Shown here: piece after piece, positions 63,552 to 64,000 of the stretch
How the letters are laid out: each line of letters opens with the position of its first letter
How positions within the stretch are numbered: position 1 is the first letter of the stretch
Assembly (NCBI GenBank): GCA_020536535.1
Contig: JAHLWZ010000791.1
Coordinates: 1 to 64,000 of the forward strand
From: Pelomyxa schiedti
Taxonomy: Eukaryota; Protista; Evosea
Direction of reading: 5' to 3'
DNA: 64,000 nucleotides
Notes under the pieces: model-generated
The model's input: the letters and a program-made list of their open reading frames with translations, nothing else
What the model was told of the DNA's origin: nothing
The model's database searches: none
Program-made: the position numbers and the translations under genes

Positions 63552-64000
63552 CTATGCAGTGTGTGTTAGGGTGGAAGCTTCGTTTGATGTTGGGAAAGTA
63601 CCTATCCAGCTCAGTATGACAGGGTCGGTGTCAATGGGAAATGGTGCAGTCACGCCGCTTAGAATTTCTTTGGCTGTGTCAATATTATCCTGGGTTGGAG
63701 TTACGCCGGACTGGATTGTGTTGTCCCTCCATCTCATCAAGCAGGCATAGGCATCAAATGAACCTTCAACGGCACAGCCAAGACTGGATGCAGTGCATAT
63801 GGCTAAGTACTTGACTGGGGCTTGCGAATCCGATTCAGTCTCATTCAAACCGAAAACGGGAGCGAGGAACCCCAGTGACGGCTTGCTGGAATCAAAGAGC
63901 ATAGCTTCGTAGTTTAGGGGAGCTGTTCTGTTGAAATCCACAACGGGCTATCCGGAGTATTCAACTGTACAGGTTTTTCTCCGCTATCAACCAATCGATA
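63552..64000 (-). CDS. Probable 3' part of a hypothetical gene entering from beyond the window
   Basis: 129-codon ORF of protein-like composition; no recognised motif. Confidence 0.4.

Overview
Gene-dense eukaryotic (protist) DNA with many short introns (about 40-60 nt, mostly GT-AG with weak donors), so the ORF track splits most genes; I rebuilt them by manual splicing. The style (tiny introns, a 'PRCG..A.R.L' gene family, expanded ankyrin-like genes) recalls an archamoeba such as Pelomyxa, but that is unverified inference. Recognisable genes: a RhoGEF, a PAS-like protein, a PQ-loop transporter, a TBC Rab-GAP, RPT4, a CNNM/CBS protein, a SPO11 not recognisable in the ORF track, tRNA-Gln(UUG), a ~19 kb RNF213-like AAA+ gene, a CANT1-type apyrase, an ankyrin-like protein, a WD40 protein, RPS5 and an Endonuclease V-VWA-Cys-rich fusion. 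The most notable region is 18.9-26.7 kb. It is a tandem tRNA-Gln+gene duplication carrying three decayed L1/Tx1-like non-LTR retrotransposon fragments. Two abut the 5' end of a tRNA-Gln copy, with an apparent duplication of the tRNA 5' end; the third lies where a tRNA copy would be expected. This suggests a tRNA-targeting retrotransposon.
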